A stretch of DNA of 64,000 nt from Bugula neritina. Lineage: Eukaryota; Animalia; Bryozoa. Below, piece by piece: positions 1 through 14,879 of the stretch. A program made the position numbers and the translations under genes. The stretch is from assembly GCA_964035545.1 (NCBI GenBank), contig OZ037765.1, forward strand, positions 23,001,504 to 23,065,503, written 5' to 3'. Numbering within the stretch: the first letter of the stretch is position 1; the number at the start of each line of letters is the position of its first letter. A model generated the notes under the pieces. That model was not told where the DNA came from, made no database searches, and worked only from the letters and a program-made list of their open reading frames with translations.

Positions 1-1039
<1,039 letters not shown>

Positions 1040-2099
1040 TTATATCCTTAAATTTATATTTTGAAATATTAGTTATAGCTGGGTGATATTACTTGCTGAT
1101 GCAACCTGCAAAAAGATCCTAAAATGAACTAAGTAGCAGTAGACTGCCTTCAAATAACAGTACCTGCTTCCTATGATTTTCCGCTTGCAGCTGTAGGCTA
1201 ATTGGTAGTGGTCTTAACTAGTCTGAAGTAACAATACCCTCTAAGACTTCCAGGTGTTGCCAGGCTGGCAGCTATAAAAGAAAAGTGCAATTTGAAAACA
1301 GCAACTATTAGAAGAGTTGAAAGAGGACAACATTTGGAGCAGTGTGGAGTTGGGAGCAGCGACAGCAGTTTGCATCAGTGACTAGAAATGCATAATTCTC
1401 TTTAATCATCAACATTGATCACATCTATATTAAGACACCTGATACCAGTACTCAGTACTCATCATTGTTGCTAGTGAGTTGTTAGCATAGTGCAGTGGCC
1501 AGTGAAGCATAAAACACCACGTGCTTACGAGCCAATTACTGCTAGGCACGTGAAAAAAATTTAATTTGTCCATTTAAAGTATTTTTCGTGCAAATAAATT
1601 TATGCATACATAATATTTTCAACTCTAACCAGTAAGCCTAAGTGAAATTGTAAACAATATAAAAGTATAAAAAAGTACATGTGCTCCGATGCACAATGAT
1701 CTTTAAAATTTGGAAATAACCGTCATTTGTCTTGAATATGCTTTGTCATAGTAACAGTGACCACACAGATGCCTATGCTTAGGGTACATGCAGATGCTGC
1801 ACACTAACTCAAGTTATTGTTTATTGCCAACAGTCTATATTTCTATATACAAGACTGCAACTGGTAAAAGCATAAATAATTTAATTTAATTTACACCAAT
1901 TAATTACAAGTATTGCTTAAACAGAACTTTTACTTAAATCAAAACGTAACATAATACTCACATTTATTTTGCCAATAAAGACTGATAAGTTATATCTACC
2001 ATCCAACAAAAGGAAAATTATTAGAGATGTGAGTAGAGCCAACTTTCCTCATTCACTTCTTTGGCTGTACTGACTCATACCATAACAAAAATAGCTAAT

Positions 2100-2250
2100 A
2101 ATCAAAAAGCTATTTCCAAAGCATTTTTTCAAAAACTTTCACAAAACAGCTTTCACAAAAAAGCTTTCATAAAAGGTTATTGCTAACAGCTTTTACACTA
2201 AACTTTTACCAAAAAAGCTCCATTGAATTCTTTGAACAAAAAGCTTTTGC
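2100..2250. repeat. Degenerate short tandem repeat (aaaagctttc-like)
   Basis: Recurring aaaagct/aaaacttt/agctttt units about every 11-22 bp. Confidence 0.5.
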
Positions 2251-4650
2251 TACAGAATTCATATTAATTGCCATTCCTAGTTCAATTATATAAAACATAA
2301 GCAATATCTTGAATTAAATTTTCAAATTCTACTCCTGATAGGTTTTAATTACATGATGTTCAAAATTATTCCATGTGAAAGTTTGAAGCTGTCCCTGACT
2401 AATATAAATAGGTATTATAAAACCTAGATTAAAAGTATATCTAGTGGTGCATCATTTTATGGTATTTACACCACATGGCACCAGCAAAACTAAAAAAAAT
2501 ATTTAATTTCAAAAATACACTTACATAACATAGACCTTTAAAAACCAATAAATTTTTTTGGTATGTGACCAAAAATAAATAATTATGATTTATTTGAAAT
2601 TATCAGAAAAAAATTTGTGTTTAGAAACTTGCTTGTTTTGCTATATGTTTTTTTTGCCAAGTGATTTCATTTCAGTGCTCTACACATACACACAGCTTGT
2701 CTACATAGGTTTATGACAAAATAACACAATATATATTGATATATACCAGCTGAAACAGATTCGAAAAGTGAAACTGCAATGGCATCTGTTTCATGAACGT
2801 GCAGCTGAATCAAGAGAGAGAGACACGAATGAAAGAAGAAGGCTTTTGGGAAATATCCTTCTTTGTGTGCATTAGAGATATTGGCTGATGAAAATATGCT
2901 TCTGCAGCTCATGTCATTACACAAACCATCTTTACCTTGCAGATCACTAGTACACACCAATTGTCTGAATGAAAGCATTTTCTAGGGATTTGCTTGCTTT
3001 GTATCAAATCCCAAATGCTGTTATGAAAACACTGATTGGAAAACCTTTGATTGCATTATTCCATTACTTGAGATACTATTATAAAGTAATCTTGGAACAA
3101 ATAAAGATGTCTCAGGGGACAATGTTATATAATTTAAAGATGCAAAAACACTATCCACTTGTATCTGCATGAGTGGTATGTAGTAAATTTCGCCTGCGTA
3201 TCTGCCAGCCTCTATTCAATTGAATTAATCTAATTTAGTTAGGATTGCTATGTGGTTGTAAAGAGTTGGCTGAGAAGAGAAATGACAGGTTCAGCTATAC
3301 ACAAGCTGTTAATCAATCTGCTGTATCATATAAGAGGTAATCTTACTACGGCATTGATTCCTTCCCAGGTGTTTCGGATAGGATTGGCAACTTGCAGGTC
3401 AAAAGTCTACAGGAGCAGCTCTATTAGTCCTGGTAGGTTTGCTGAATCTGAGATTGTGGCTAACTTTTTTTATAACAATTTTAATTAATTGTTCACATCA
3501 TAAAGGCTTTAATTCAGATCACAAAAACAATCTTAAAAAGAAATGGTAGAAGCTATTGACCCTGTTTTACCAAATGTTATTTTATATTTCAAGTGGTAAA
3601 ACTGGAAGCATTTTAATTTTCATAATGTTTAGTAATTTAAAAAATATCACTTTGCATGTAATTTACAAAATTTTAAATTTATAGAATATTTAAGAAAATC
3701 AACAATTAAACACACGAACTTCATGCAATTTTATTAGATGTGTAGTTGACAAATATAACGGTTGATTAGGAGTGAAATGAATGTTATAGTTATTTAGAAA
3801 GATTCCAAGGGTAAATTTAATCTCTATATACACATACCTACAATAATTTTCAGCTGAATATAATATTATGATTTGTTAAGCCCAATCAAATACATGCTAC
3901 TAGAGTTGCAGGTTAAAAACCTTGCATCTGCAAATACTAATCTATAATAAATAGCCCGATGTTACGCAACACCCAATGTTATTAACCTACTAACACGATT
4001 ATTTATTATTGCTGTTCTTAGAATTAAAAGCAATTTCCTGTAGCTATATTGAGTTTTGGCATGTGTAACATTTGTTTAATTGCTTATACATTGTAAATTA
4101 TAACTGCAGGCATAACTGAAGCTCGTTTAGCTTAGTTGTCTATAAGGAAAATAATAAAGCATCTTCATTCTAACTTACTGAATCTAAACCATTATCTAAG
4201 TTGTATACATTCTGATGGAGCAATCATTATTCTCCGAAATATGTTTGCCTTTATTTGATGATTTTTACTCATACGATTACAGTTGGGTAGCTTAATAATC
4301 AACCCCTTTTGCCTTGCTTGGTAAGAAGATGTTTGTAAAGGACTTTTTGGTATTCATATGCTTATGTACGTAAGTTTTGTCAGTTTGAAACTAGCTTTAA
4401 ACTTTTATAGATTTATGTTTCCATTATAATCAACTTATTTTTTACCAAATTCTGCCTCCTGCGTACAAATTTCTGGCAGCTGTCTCCTTGTCACTAGTGA
4501 TGATAACATGTAACAGAGACACAATGAGGCTGACCTAGAAAATGTTGGCATCCTTCCAGTCTTTGTGCATTAAGTCTTACGTAATAGGGGCTTTTGGAAA
4601 ACGCTCGTCTGATTGTTTCAATGATAAAACCAATGTGTTAGTTGAAAAGG

Positions 4651-4749
4651 TAGGTGCAGTAATGGAGAAATTGAGAAAAACCTGTGTTCTATATTAAAAA
4701 ATGTAGCAAAAGAAGCTATTTTAGGCTAATTTCTCCACTACTGCCCTTA
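4651..4749. mobile_element. MITE copy 1 (internally deleted)
   Basis: Starts taggtgcagtaatggagaaattgaga and ends aatttctccactactgccctta (inverted termini); both ends match the longer copy at 59331..59491. Confidence 0.75.
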
Positions 4750-6080
4750 AATGTAGTTGACTGTCTCAAATTTGTAGCTTTATGAATAAAATATTTAGGT
4801 TATAAGTAATATTTTATTTGTTGACATGCACTCTGATAAAATGTACCTACAACTGGTCAGGTTATCATTTACAGCTTACAGCTGTTGCTTGTAATCATGG
4901 TGATTGAGACTGAAGACCCTAATAATTATTGCAGTATGTAAAGTATTTTGGTTAATTGTCAAAAATTATTTCTGATATAGATTGCATGATTAAAATGTGG
5001 CATGCCTCAATGCTCAGTTGCAATGTTTTCATTCAGTCACTTTCTCAGATTTTCACTTATTTGTTCAATTAATAGGTTATTGCATCCATTCTATTCCTAT
5101 TATAATATGATGCACTCATCAAAACAAAGTCGGTGATGCAAGCACCTGGTGATTGCCAAATAAAAAGGCAGCTATCCATTATTAATTGACATAAAAACAA
5201 AGTTATCCTTATCTCAACAAAATGAAAAAACAAATCCCAACCAAAGCCATTATATTATATATTAGGTATTTAGCCTGTGATCTTTAGATTATTCAAAGTT
5301 TCTCTTTTTCAAACAATATTTGGTGAGATAGGCTGAAAATGAATTTGTGAGCAGAAAAGATGATATTTGTTTTACAAACATTGTGATTTCCTGAGTTGTG
5401 AGCAAAGTATTAGGCTACAAAGTCTTCAAATAGAGCAGAACAGAGCTTAGTAATCTGCTAGCTAGCTTCGCTGATAGACTATAATTATTATAGTACTTGA
5501 TTAAATCATAACTGTGCTATTTCTATTAGCAAAGCAAACATGTTCAAGAAACCAAAAGGATTGTCAAAGATTAGTGGTGAGTTTGAGAATTAGCCTGAAA
5601 ATCATAGTTGAAAATTTAGTTATGACGGAAAAATAAGGTCTTAAAGATTAAGGGTGGCTTATTAATAAAAAGTTGCTTTAAGTTTATTGCTGCGATTAGC
5701 TCCTGTATTCTAAACAAAAAATAACTTGATCATTGATAAACAAGATCATTTTTCCCAGTAACCTGCATAGCTTTTGTGAAAGTCTTCTTATGAATGTAAG
5801 GTTACTTTTTTATAAAAATAGTTATGGTTAAATGTACAGTACGTCACACCAAGGATTTTGATACTTACAGATTCACCTATTTAGGTCAAGTGGAGGTTAA
5901 AAGCCTCACTTGATGACCTGGCACATACCTAATAGGCTAATTTTTTATGAGAAAGTCTTCAGGCAATAAACAAGTGTTTCTGAAGGATCTGTTCATTATG
6001 TAGGCAGGAATTAGAAAGCTTTTCATGTCATACTTGCTCATTTTATTTTTGCAGTTGAGAAGCCTAGTTGTGAGGGCAAT

Positions 6081-7187
6081 ATGGAGAACATGATTATAGA
6101 GAACACAGCGACTTTAGAGAAACCAGCATTTGTGGCAGGTGACAACATAACTGGTGTCATAAATATTCGTTCTGATCAGCAACTCGCTTTGACAAATGTA
6201 CAATTGACACTTATTGGAGAAGGCAAGGTATATTACCATAAAACCAACTACCGAAATCAAAAATTATGTGAAATAAAAATTTCACCAATGCCTATTAAAG
6301 AGTACAGCACAGAATCTGGAAAAGTGTGGAGGATACCATTCTCTATCAAATCCACCGACAATCTGAGTTCAACTATCGATGGCAATAAAAAGGGGAAAGT
6401 TCATTATTACCTTTCATGGGAGGTGGACAGTGATGGTGGCTTTTGTTTTCAACAGCAACGGGAAGTGATTATTCTCGCAAATCATTGTCTGGAGACTCTG
6501 CCGCGCAGCCATGAGATTTCAGGAGACAATATGAACGAAGAGGAACATGACAACATGGTGCTGCATTTATATTCACCAGCGAGTGCCTACCTACCAGGTG
6601 AATCGATCCAATTCAGAGCCTTTGTACACAACAAGGGCAAAAAATCAATCAAGAAAATTGCCATCTTTTTAATTCAAAATGTTCTGTTCTACAAATCTCG
6701 CCGCAATATGGACATAAAAGGTCGAAACAGATCTTTTCTGATGAGTGCTAAAGAGATATCAGTGCAACTGAAAGAGGATCAAGAAAGAGAATGGACAGAT
6801 GAGCTTCAAATTCCAGACCCTGTTGCCCCCAGTGCTACGGGCTTCCACAAGGTTCATTACGAGTTGGTCCTTGTAGCCATTACAAAGGGGAAGAAGTCAA
6901 ACACAAGGCATTTGTTTGATGAAGTAAGGTATCACTTTGATATGGAGACTTACCAAGACGATCACTTTCGAGACTATTTACCACATGCTACGTGCGAGCT
7001 ACATATCGGCAGTCACCATGGCAACAAACTCTCTTCTTACATGAGTTCTGGAGAGAAACCAATACAAGCCATCCATGATATCTGGAAATGTAATCCAAGT
7101 GATCAAGCTGGAGCAAAATCAAAAGCAAGCAAACCGAAACAGTCTTACAACAACTTAGCTGCCTTTATTTTGACAGATCAAGATTGA
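6081..7187 (+). CDS. Arrestin domain-containing protein (alpha-arrestin-like), 368 aa, single coding exon
   Basis: Arrestin_N-like start (LEKPAFVAGDNITGVINI...LTLIGEG; IPFSI; STIDGNKKGKVHY) and Arrestin_C-like segment (AYLPGESIQFRAFVHNKGKKSIKKIAIFLIQ...LQIP...VHYELVL). A splice acceptor ttttgcag at ~6054 implies an upstream UTR exon. Confidence 0.85.
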   Translation: MENMIIENTATLEKPAFVAGDNITGVINIRSDQQLALTNVQLTLIGEGKVYYHKTNYRNQKLCEIKISPMPIKEYSTESGKVWRIPFSIKSTDNLSSTIDGNKKGKVHYYLSWEVDSDGGFCFQQQREVIILANHCLETLPRSHEISGDNMNEEEHDNMVLHLYSPASAYLPGESIQFRAFVHNKGKKSIKKIAIFLIQNVLFYKSRRNMDIKGRNRSFLMSAKEISVQLKEDQEREWTDELQIPDPVAPSATGFHKVHYELVLVAITKGKKSNTRHLFDEVRYHFDMETYQDDHFRDYLPHATCELHIGSHHGNKLSSYMSSGEKPIQAIHDIWKCNPSDQAGAKSKASKPKQSYNNLAAFILTDQD

Positions 7188-8409
7188 CACTTGTATCTTT
7201 TGATTCTTCCCAGTCATTATTGCCATTATAATACAGAAATCCTAATGTAGATAGCACTATCTGCTATAAGATTTTACATAGATTATTGCTGCTATAACTA
7301 ACTATAGTTTATATGTCTTAACATTTTGAACTACTTAAAACTGCAAAATACAAAAAAATTAAAGCCATGTTATTTGTAAATTTATAAACTATACAGGTGT
7401 AAACTTATGCAATATAATATAATGCAACATAATATGTATACGTATTACTCTACATGCATATCAAACAGTAACCTTAAAGCGGTTTTAAGTGATACCAATT
7501 TATCAATACATACATTGTAACTCTTAATTTTTTTGATCATTCTTTGCTGTATAATATTTTTAAACATTTTATGCTTTTTACACATCCATTGTTGACATTA
7601 TATTTTTGCAAATACAACTGTAAGATGATTTTGCCGTTGTTTTTTGAAATAATATGTTTAATGTATTTGTTATACTATAATAAGATTTGATATAAAATAA
7701 AATTATCATTTTTATTCCAATGGAGTATAGTCATGCTAACCAACGAAATATAATTCATTATAGTTATACTAGTTATATTTCAATGATACTAACTGCTACA
7801 CCTTGATATATATTCTCTCCCTGCTTATTTACAGTTGCTAAAACAGTTACAGTCAAGTGCTGGAGATCGTGGTGAATATTGCAGTAATTAAACCATATAT
7901 ACATCACAAAGTTTTATTCATTTGCCATATTTGTTATCATTAGCATTAAAACAAACTATGTAACCTGCTCATAATAGTAATAGACAGATGTAGTTCTTTA
8001 TTAGTTGGGCATTAAAGGGAAGACAATCCCATAAACTGAACCACAATCATTCTTACAAAAACTAATTTAACAGTTCAATAAAAGAATAGCAAGTCTATAA
8101 ACACTGGAGATAATTCGATTGCAAAGGCAGGGTTTAACACACAAAATATAGATTATTTCTACATGAATGATAGAATGAGATGTTAGAATAGGGAAAGGAG
8201 AGATTAGGAAGTTGACCTAAAGCTTATGTCTAAACTCTAAAGTATAAAAGAACAAAAAGCAAGTAAACAAAATAAAGTGCATTACATAATAAAATGACTA
8301 GAACTGTATAAAAACCCAATAGAGAAAATGATTGTAAAAACACAATAAGATCTGTTAATAATAGCTATATAAAATATACATCTGGCCCCCTGAACTATTG
8401 TCATATCTA

Positions 8410-11400
8410 TCAACAACTACATTTATTTCCACCTGATGGATGGTTTAAAAGGAATTGCTGTAGGCTCTTGCGCCCATCTCGGTGGTGATTTCCATTTTCT
8501 ACACACTTCACTTCCTTCAAGGTTCTGTAAATTAAAATAATAATTTATTTGAACAAATTGAGCCATTTTCCTGTAACCAACTTTTAGTCACATGTTAGAC
8601 ATATAAAGTAGTATTGAAGCAGAGAGTCAGGTTGACTTGCCATAATGAAAAGACAAAAATATCATTATTAATGAACCAGTGATGCAACATTGACAAACTT
8701 GCATAACATAAGTACTGTGAAGAAACCAGGCAATGGCTGCTCTATCAATAACACTGGCGAAGTATGTAAACCTAGTGGTTAGTCAATTAAAAGGTAATCT
8801 GAAATCTCTATGCTTATGGTTAACATACTTCATACAACTCTGAATATGGCATTAGTAGTGGTCAAAATATTTCATCAGTTTGCACATATTTTTTCATTTT
8901 AAATTTGAAATATTTTAACTGCAAACATGAAGTTTCTATTTTACCTTTCTACCATTAAGTTGTAGAGAAATGTGCGAACAGCTCTCCCAACTAATACATT
9001 TTGCATTTACCAGCAATTACAGTCAGAAATACAACATAACATGTGCACACGACTTCCTTTATCTGCAGTACTCAAATCAACAAGACAGGCTAAATACATA
9101 CTTAGCTAGAGCATTGAAAGCCAAATCTACATTCTGTCCAGTCTTGGCACTTGTTTCCATAAAGGGAATCCCAAGCTCCTGAAACAACATACAGCCATTT
9201 ATATTTATGATTTAAATGCTAAATTATTGCAAAACTGCGAATCCTATAAGTGAATAGATGCTAGGAAAGGCATGAAGGAGCAGCCGTGGTCTAGGGGCTA
9301 AAGCGTCTGCCTAGTAAACACAAAGTCATGGGTTCGAGCCCCAACAAAGGCCATTGGTGATGTTAGGAAGAGCATTCAGTCATAATTTTTCCTGTGCCAC
9401 ATCTGAATAAGTCCTTAGCCTGATTTAACAAAAACTCCTTCCATCAAGGGTTTTCTCACAGGGATGGTGACTAGAAACTTGTGTGAGTTTTTACATGTTA
9501 GGTAAGGCATAGCATGAAACATTACAATATTTAACTTCATAAAAACCATGACAATAAAAACAATTCGTCACTAATAAATTATAACATGTTAACAACTGAA
9601 CGAAGAAGCCCCTGTTGCTGTGTAAGTTATTATGATCTATTATCTATATTATTAGGTTTTTATATAAATGTATGAATAGCAGCGTCACAGCTAAACAAAA
9701 AATTTAAATTCTCTTAGTAAGAAGGTAGCAAAAGAATCATTTGAATCATCTCATAAACACTTTTAATTAGTTGTTCTATTTTATTATTCAAACACAACTT
9801 CCTACCACTATGTCTAGATGAACTTTGAACCATTAAATACTTACGTCAGCTAGCTTTTGACCTTGTTCAGTTTTAATAACTCTCTTTACAAGTACATCAG
9901 CTTTATTTCCTAACAGCATAATGATTGTGTCATCACCTGCATGCTCCTTTATTTCAGTTAACCAGTTCTGAAACGAGACAAAAAAATTGATAACCGACAC
10001 AAACTACAAGTCAATGTTACAGAGATTAGAGCGAGAGGCTCAAATTCCACCCAAGACCTAAACTTGTTTTCAGTAACTGATTCCTTCAGTATTCCTTTAA
10101 TAGCAGCAGAATGTCACTAGTTGCAAAAAAATTAATCAAGTAACTGCATTCAGTAAACTCAACTCACCCGAATATTTTCAAAACTGCTACGATTTGTGAT
10201 ATCATAGACAAGCAGTAAAGCTGCAAAATAAACACAAACTTGATAGAAGTTAGAGACAACACAATCTATCAAAAAGAAATAAAACAGTTTAGAAAGGAAA
10301 AACTATGGTGGTACAATGTAATGAGTTGTATAAATTTACTAAATGTCACAGAAATGTACACAAACATTAAGTTTATCTCCGCTGATTAAATAATGAGAAA
10401 TATGAAAGCAGACATAAGCTGATACTAAATTAACACGATAGAAACTCAATAGATGCAAGAAATAAAGTCAAAGATTGATTTCAAGGCAGAAAATAATGCA
10501 ATAAAATATAACTTAAACTCAATATAAAGCACACAAACTTACTATATTCTGTAGAGCATATTCAGATATAAAATACGCTCATATTGTTCTAAAAACAAAT
10601 TTAGCATTATAAAAACCGGTGCTAACAACTTTTTATGAGGTGCTGCCTTGCACCTTGGGTAAAGCAAGCAACGGATAAGCTACATTATACAGAGTGCTGC
10701 CAAATCCCGTGTACTGCATGTTGAATTTTTAACTGATTTAAATGCAGCAGCTCTATTTATATAAATTACCTTTTTGACAAAGTACTTAATTGAAATATTT
10801 GTTTTAAAAGCAGGAAGACAACTCTTAATTTGTATCAGATTTTAGGATTGTCTTTTCTTTGATGGGAAGACAATCCTAAAATCTATTAAATGAGCTTTAG
10901 AGCAGAAGATAGCAGATTCAGAAAGCATCCAAGTGTGGCGGAAACTTTGAAGATTTTATAATGCAAAGTCTATGTCAATATAGAAGTATGATGAAAATGA
11001 AATACAAGCAACTTGCCTATAATGAATTACACGGCCCACTGCCTGAGTAAAATTAAGAGTATTACTAAAATGTTAAAGAGAGGTTGCATTGTACTACTGC
11101 AATATGATAGGGCCTGGCCACATTGAGGTACAATAGTCTATATTTTTGAGACTGTTGAGAAGGCAAGGAATTGGCATATATGTTAAGGAATGCACAGTAA
11201 AAGCTATCAGAATATTATATTGATTTAGCCAAGTACCTTCAGCGTCTCTGTAATAAGCTCTACTAATGCTTTTAAATCTCTCTTGTCCTGCTGTGTCCCA
11301 TATCTACAACATGTAACCAATATGCATACTTCTAGTGCACAGTTAATTACTACATAACAGCATCGTTTGGTCATGACTCATATTTAGCATTGTTATAATC

Positions 11401-13439
11401 TCATAGTCGTAATTTTAACCCATGCCAATAATATCATGATATTATAATTTATATAAACTTTAACCATGAAAAATTATTTTCTCAAATACTAATGAAAAAA
11501 TGTGAGAACAAAATTCTCATTTTATTAGAATTCATATACCAGAATTATTATAACAAAGTAATATAGCCATTCTACTTTTGCTGCAAACTAGGCATGAGAG
11601 TCTCTTAAATCCCCGAAGAACTCACAAACTTGAGAGCGTGCTTAATGCTTTAAGAAGTGAGAGAAATGAATAAAATCTATATTAGTGTTGATTGTATAGC
11701 AGTAGGTAGCTCTTACCTGTAACTTTACTTTAGTTCCATCAACTTCAACTACTTTATTCTGCAAATATCAAAGCCAGCTAAAGTAATCATGGCGCTGGTT
11801 TAATGATTCTACAGCTACATAATAACCTAGCAATATGATACACAACCAGCTACATACCACGACACGCGTACCACAAGTAAAACAAAAACACTAGTGAGAA
11901 GTTTTGTGTTGGAGTAATTTCACAATGTTAAGCCAAAAACTTTAGGGACTTTTTAGAAACTTTCAGTTGAGTGAAGGAAAAGACGAAAATTGCACAGGCT
12001 TCTCCACCCAATCTATAATGTGACAAACCTAATCTTGCCGTAGTTGTAAACAACTTTCGCATGCTTCTATTCCCTTGTGCAAGAAGTGCATAATCTTCAT
12101 AACATCTCTAATATTTAATCTGTGTTAGAAGATTGAATCGTTCAGAGCCAACAAATAAATTCAATACACATAGACTTTGTCATGCTACAAAAATCTGTTT
12201 TTCAATGTTCTAAAATATATATAATCCAAACTGGGCTCTTCCAAGTTTAGTCCAGCACATCATTACAACCGTAGTTACTCTTTAAGTCACATATAAAGCA
12301 CTTACTCTAAAATCAATCCCTACTGTGCATATGAAGCTACCAGATAAAAAGGTACCATCTCTAAACTTGGTGAGCAAGCAGGTCTTCCCAACAGATGAAT
12401 CTCCTACCAGCATAATCTAGAAATTATATGACATTTATAACATAATACCTTTATATATACAGTACACTGTAATCTTTATACAAAGAAGATATGTTATATT
12501 CATTGTACCTAAATAGAAGTACATAAAATGAGCAGTGTGTCCCATTCACACAATTAGATACATTATGGAACAAAAAACTGAAAATTATTACACAAATTTG
12601 CTAAATAGATACCAAAATAGATTTTCAAAATAAAAAAATTTTAATAGCAAAGCTATTCTGGTAAACATTGTTTAAATAAAAATGTAAATGGAAGTGTTGC
12701 AGCCTAATAGTGATCCAATTTCCTTTCTATACCAAAAATTTATTAATAACAAAACATACGTTTGATTAAACAAATTGTTTACATCTATTATCCATGCATG
12801 AATAGCTCACTTTCAGCAAGCTTTGTGGGGCAGATGGGAAATAAAACCATAACACAAAACAAGTGATCATTGATACTAAATACTTAAAACATTGCAGACA
12901 ATAATGACAACTATGGCTGCACTCAACGAAGCACTAACTGAAATGCAAAACAAGTATGGGCACTAGACAGTGGCAGATTACTTGCTTTAATATTCAACAA
13001 AGTCCATAATCCAAGCTTAGATGTAGTTATAAAAGTCAGTAGGTAGTTTAATAGTCTGTTGCTTATTTGAAAACACTATTTAAAAACATGTTTCAAGTTT
13101 GTTGTTAGCATTAAATATGACTTAAATATGAATGTAGATGTATATAATGCATTATAAGATCAGTCAACAACCTAAAAGTAGATTTTGTTAGTATTTTTGC
13201 TACTGAAGCTGGAATTTTCCCCAGTTAATGTTTTCTCTAAACTCTTAGTATGTTGATATTTAAAAAAAGTATTAGCTTCAAGTAAATCCTGGTCAACATT
13301 ATTTATCTACGTTTACTAGTTCAAATACGAAAGAGAAAATACTAGACTGACATTATTTTACCTTGGCAGTGATGTCAAATTCTGGCAAGTGTGACTTTGG
13401 GTCCGAAGAAAGTGACCAATCCCCTTTTCGAACTGTCAT
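8410..13439 (-). CDS. Rab26/Rab37-family small GTPase, 221 aa, 8 coding exons
   Basis: Exons 13439-13362, 12416-12306, 11758-11717, 11303-11237, 10220-10168, 9967-9845, 9178-9102, 8524-8410, all GT-AG and in phase. Motifs: GDSSVGKT, FRDGTFLSGSFICTVGIDFRNK (Rab26/37-like), WDTAGQE, GNKAD, ETSAK, C-terminal CSC prenylation site. Confidence 0.93.
9277..9475 (+). mobile_element. tRNA-Thr(AGT)-derived SINE in a Rab intron
   Basis: A box tggtctagggg (9287-9297), B box ggttcgagccc (9331-9341), ctagtaa anticodon-loop remnant with a broken stem, followed by a non-tRNA body (gttaggaagagcattcagtcataa...ctgtgcc). The 3' boundary is approximate. Confidence 0.75.
10837..10884. repeat. Perfect 18-bp inverted repeat (hairpin)
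   Basis: agattttaggattgtctt, 12-nt spacer, aagacaatcctaaaatct. Confidence 0.9.
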
Positions 13440-13983
13440 TTCTTATTGCTGTGTCTACCTTCCTTCAGCTGCTAGGTTATATTCAGTCTACCCAGCAATA
13501 GATAGCTGTCTTGACCAGCAGTCAACGTGAAGGCTAATGATTTAGAATAGTCATCATTGTTTTACCAGCCTCTATGTTTAGTAGCACACTAGTAGTATTA
13601 CTAATACAATGCATAGGCTACTACTAGTAGTAAAAATATTCCTACTACCAGTAGTATTCCTACTGCTCAACTAATAGACACAATAATAAAGCAAAAATAA
13701 CATTTACCTGCAGTTAAATTCATTAGCTAAATTAGACTACCCACAAGATTTGCATTACTGGTAACTGCATGTATATTGATATATCTCAGTAGATATGCAC
13801 TTACAAGTTACAGCAGGTCATTATAGTTGGTTGTATTAAATGTGGTGGTTGCATGGCCTTCCCAGGAAAATTTTTATGTTTATATATTGGCTAAATGGCG
13901 ACTTTTGCATTGAATTGGCCAAGAGTTTGATCATGATTATACACAGATGTACAGCAGATATACACATATATTAAGTTTATTAC

Positions 13984-13988
<5 letters not shown>

Positions 13989-14016
<28 letters not shown>
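13989..14016. repeat. (TA)n microsatellite
   Basis: Directly visible. Confidence 0.95.
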
Positions 14017-14022
<6 letters not shown>

Positions 14023-14879
14023 TTATGAGCAGGGCTGGGGTGCATTACTAATTAGATGAGCAAGCAGCTTGTAGGAGTAATTAAAATGATAGTAATGGTC
14101 CATCTAAAGCTCATATTGATGCAATATTGAAAACAACACCATTGCTAAGTTTTAACAGCCAGTGATTTTTCTGCCAGTTTTTTCATTATAATAATCCCTT
14201 CACATCACGGAATCGAGAGCCTAAACTAACTAGCAACTAGCATAATCTAATCAGCTGCGGAGAATGCTGAACTAAATTGCAGAGCCACTAGCAAGTCTAA
14301 TACCGAAAACTAAATTACTGGTGAGTCTATCTTTAATAAAACATAAAACATTAGAATCTTACTGATGATAAATCATGGCCAGAAATGTGTAAGCGCAGAC
14401 AACCTAATATTGTTACGGACATCAGAGAAGGCCTTTGAGATGAACAAAATTAAGCATAAGTATAATTGTATTTGTACTGCTGGTTATAGTTAATGATTAT
14501 AAATAAAAGTACCAACAATATTGATATCTAAAATTAATTAGTTAAATTTTGAAATTAAGTTTTACACATTAGTATATTTATTGAATAATTCATCAACACT
14601 AGCAGAAGATTCTTTCGAGACTGAGTAATGATCTGCAATGTACAAATAAACCTTACTGCAACTTTAAGTATCATTATCATAACTTCTTTCAGGTGATGAC
14701 ACATAGTTTACCAAATTTAGTTTTACCTTGTCACAGTGACAGTCATTAAAATTATTATATTAATATTCATTGTGATTGTAATTATCATTCACCGATTCAG
14801 TGCCCTCTATATCTTGTAGTCAGAGGTTTATTTTGAATTTTTCACTTTTTTGTTTGGAAATAAAAAGATACTTCATTAA

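Noticed and set aside
2667-3488. Short ORFs, possibly a decayed LINE or gene fragment
   Set aside because: No recognisable motif or consistent splice/phase model; all frames are interrupted.
9277-9352. Functional tRNA-Thr gene
   Set aside because: Anticodon and acceptor stems do not pair and the sequence continues into a SINE-like body.
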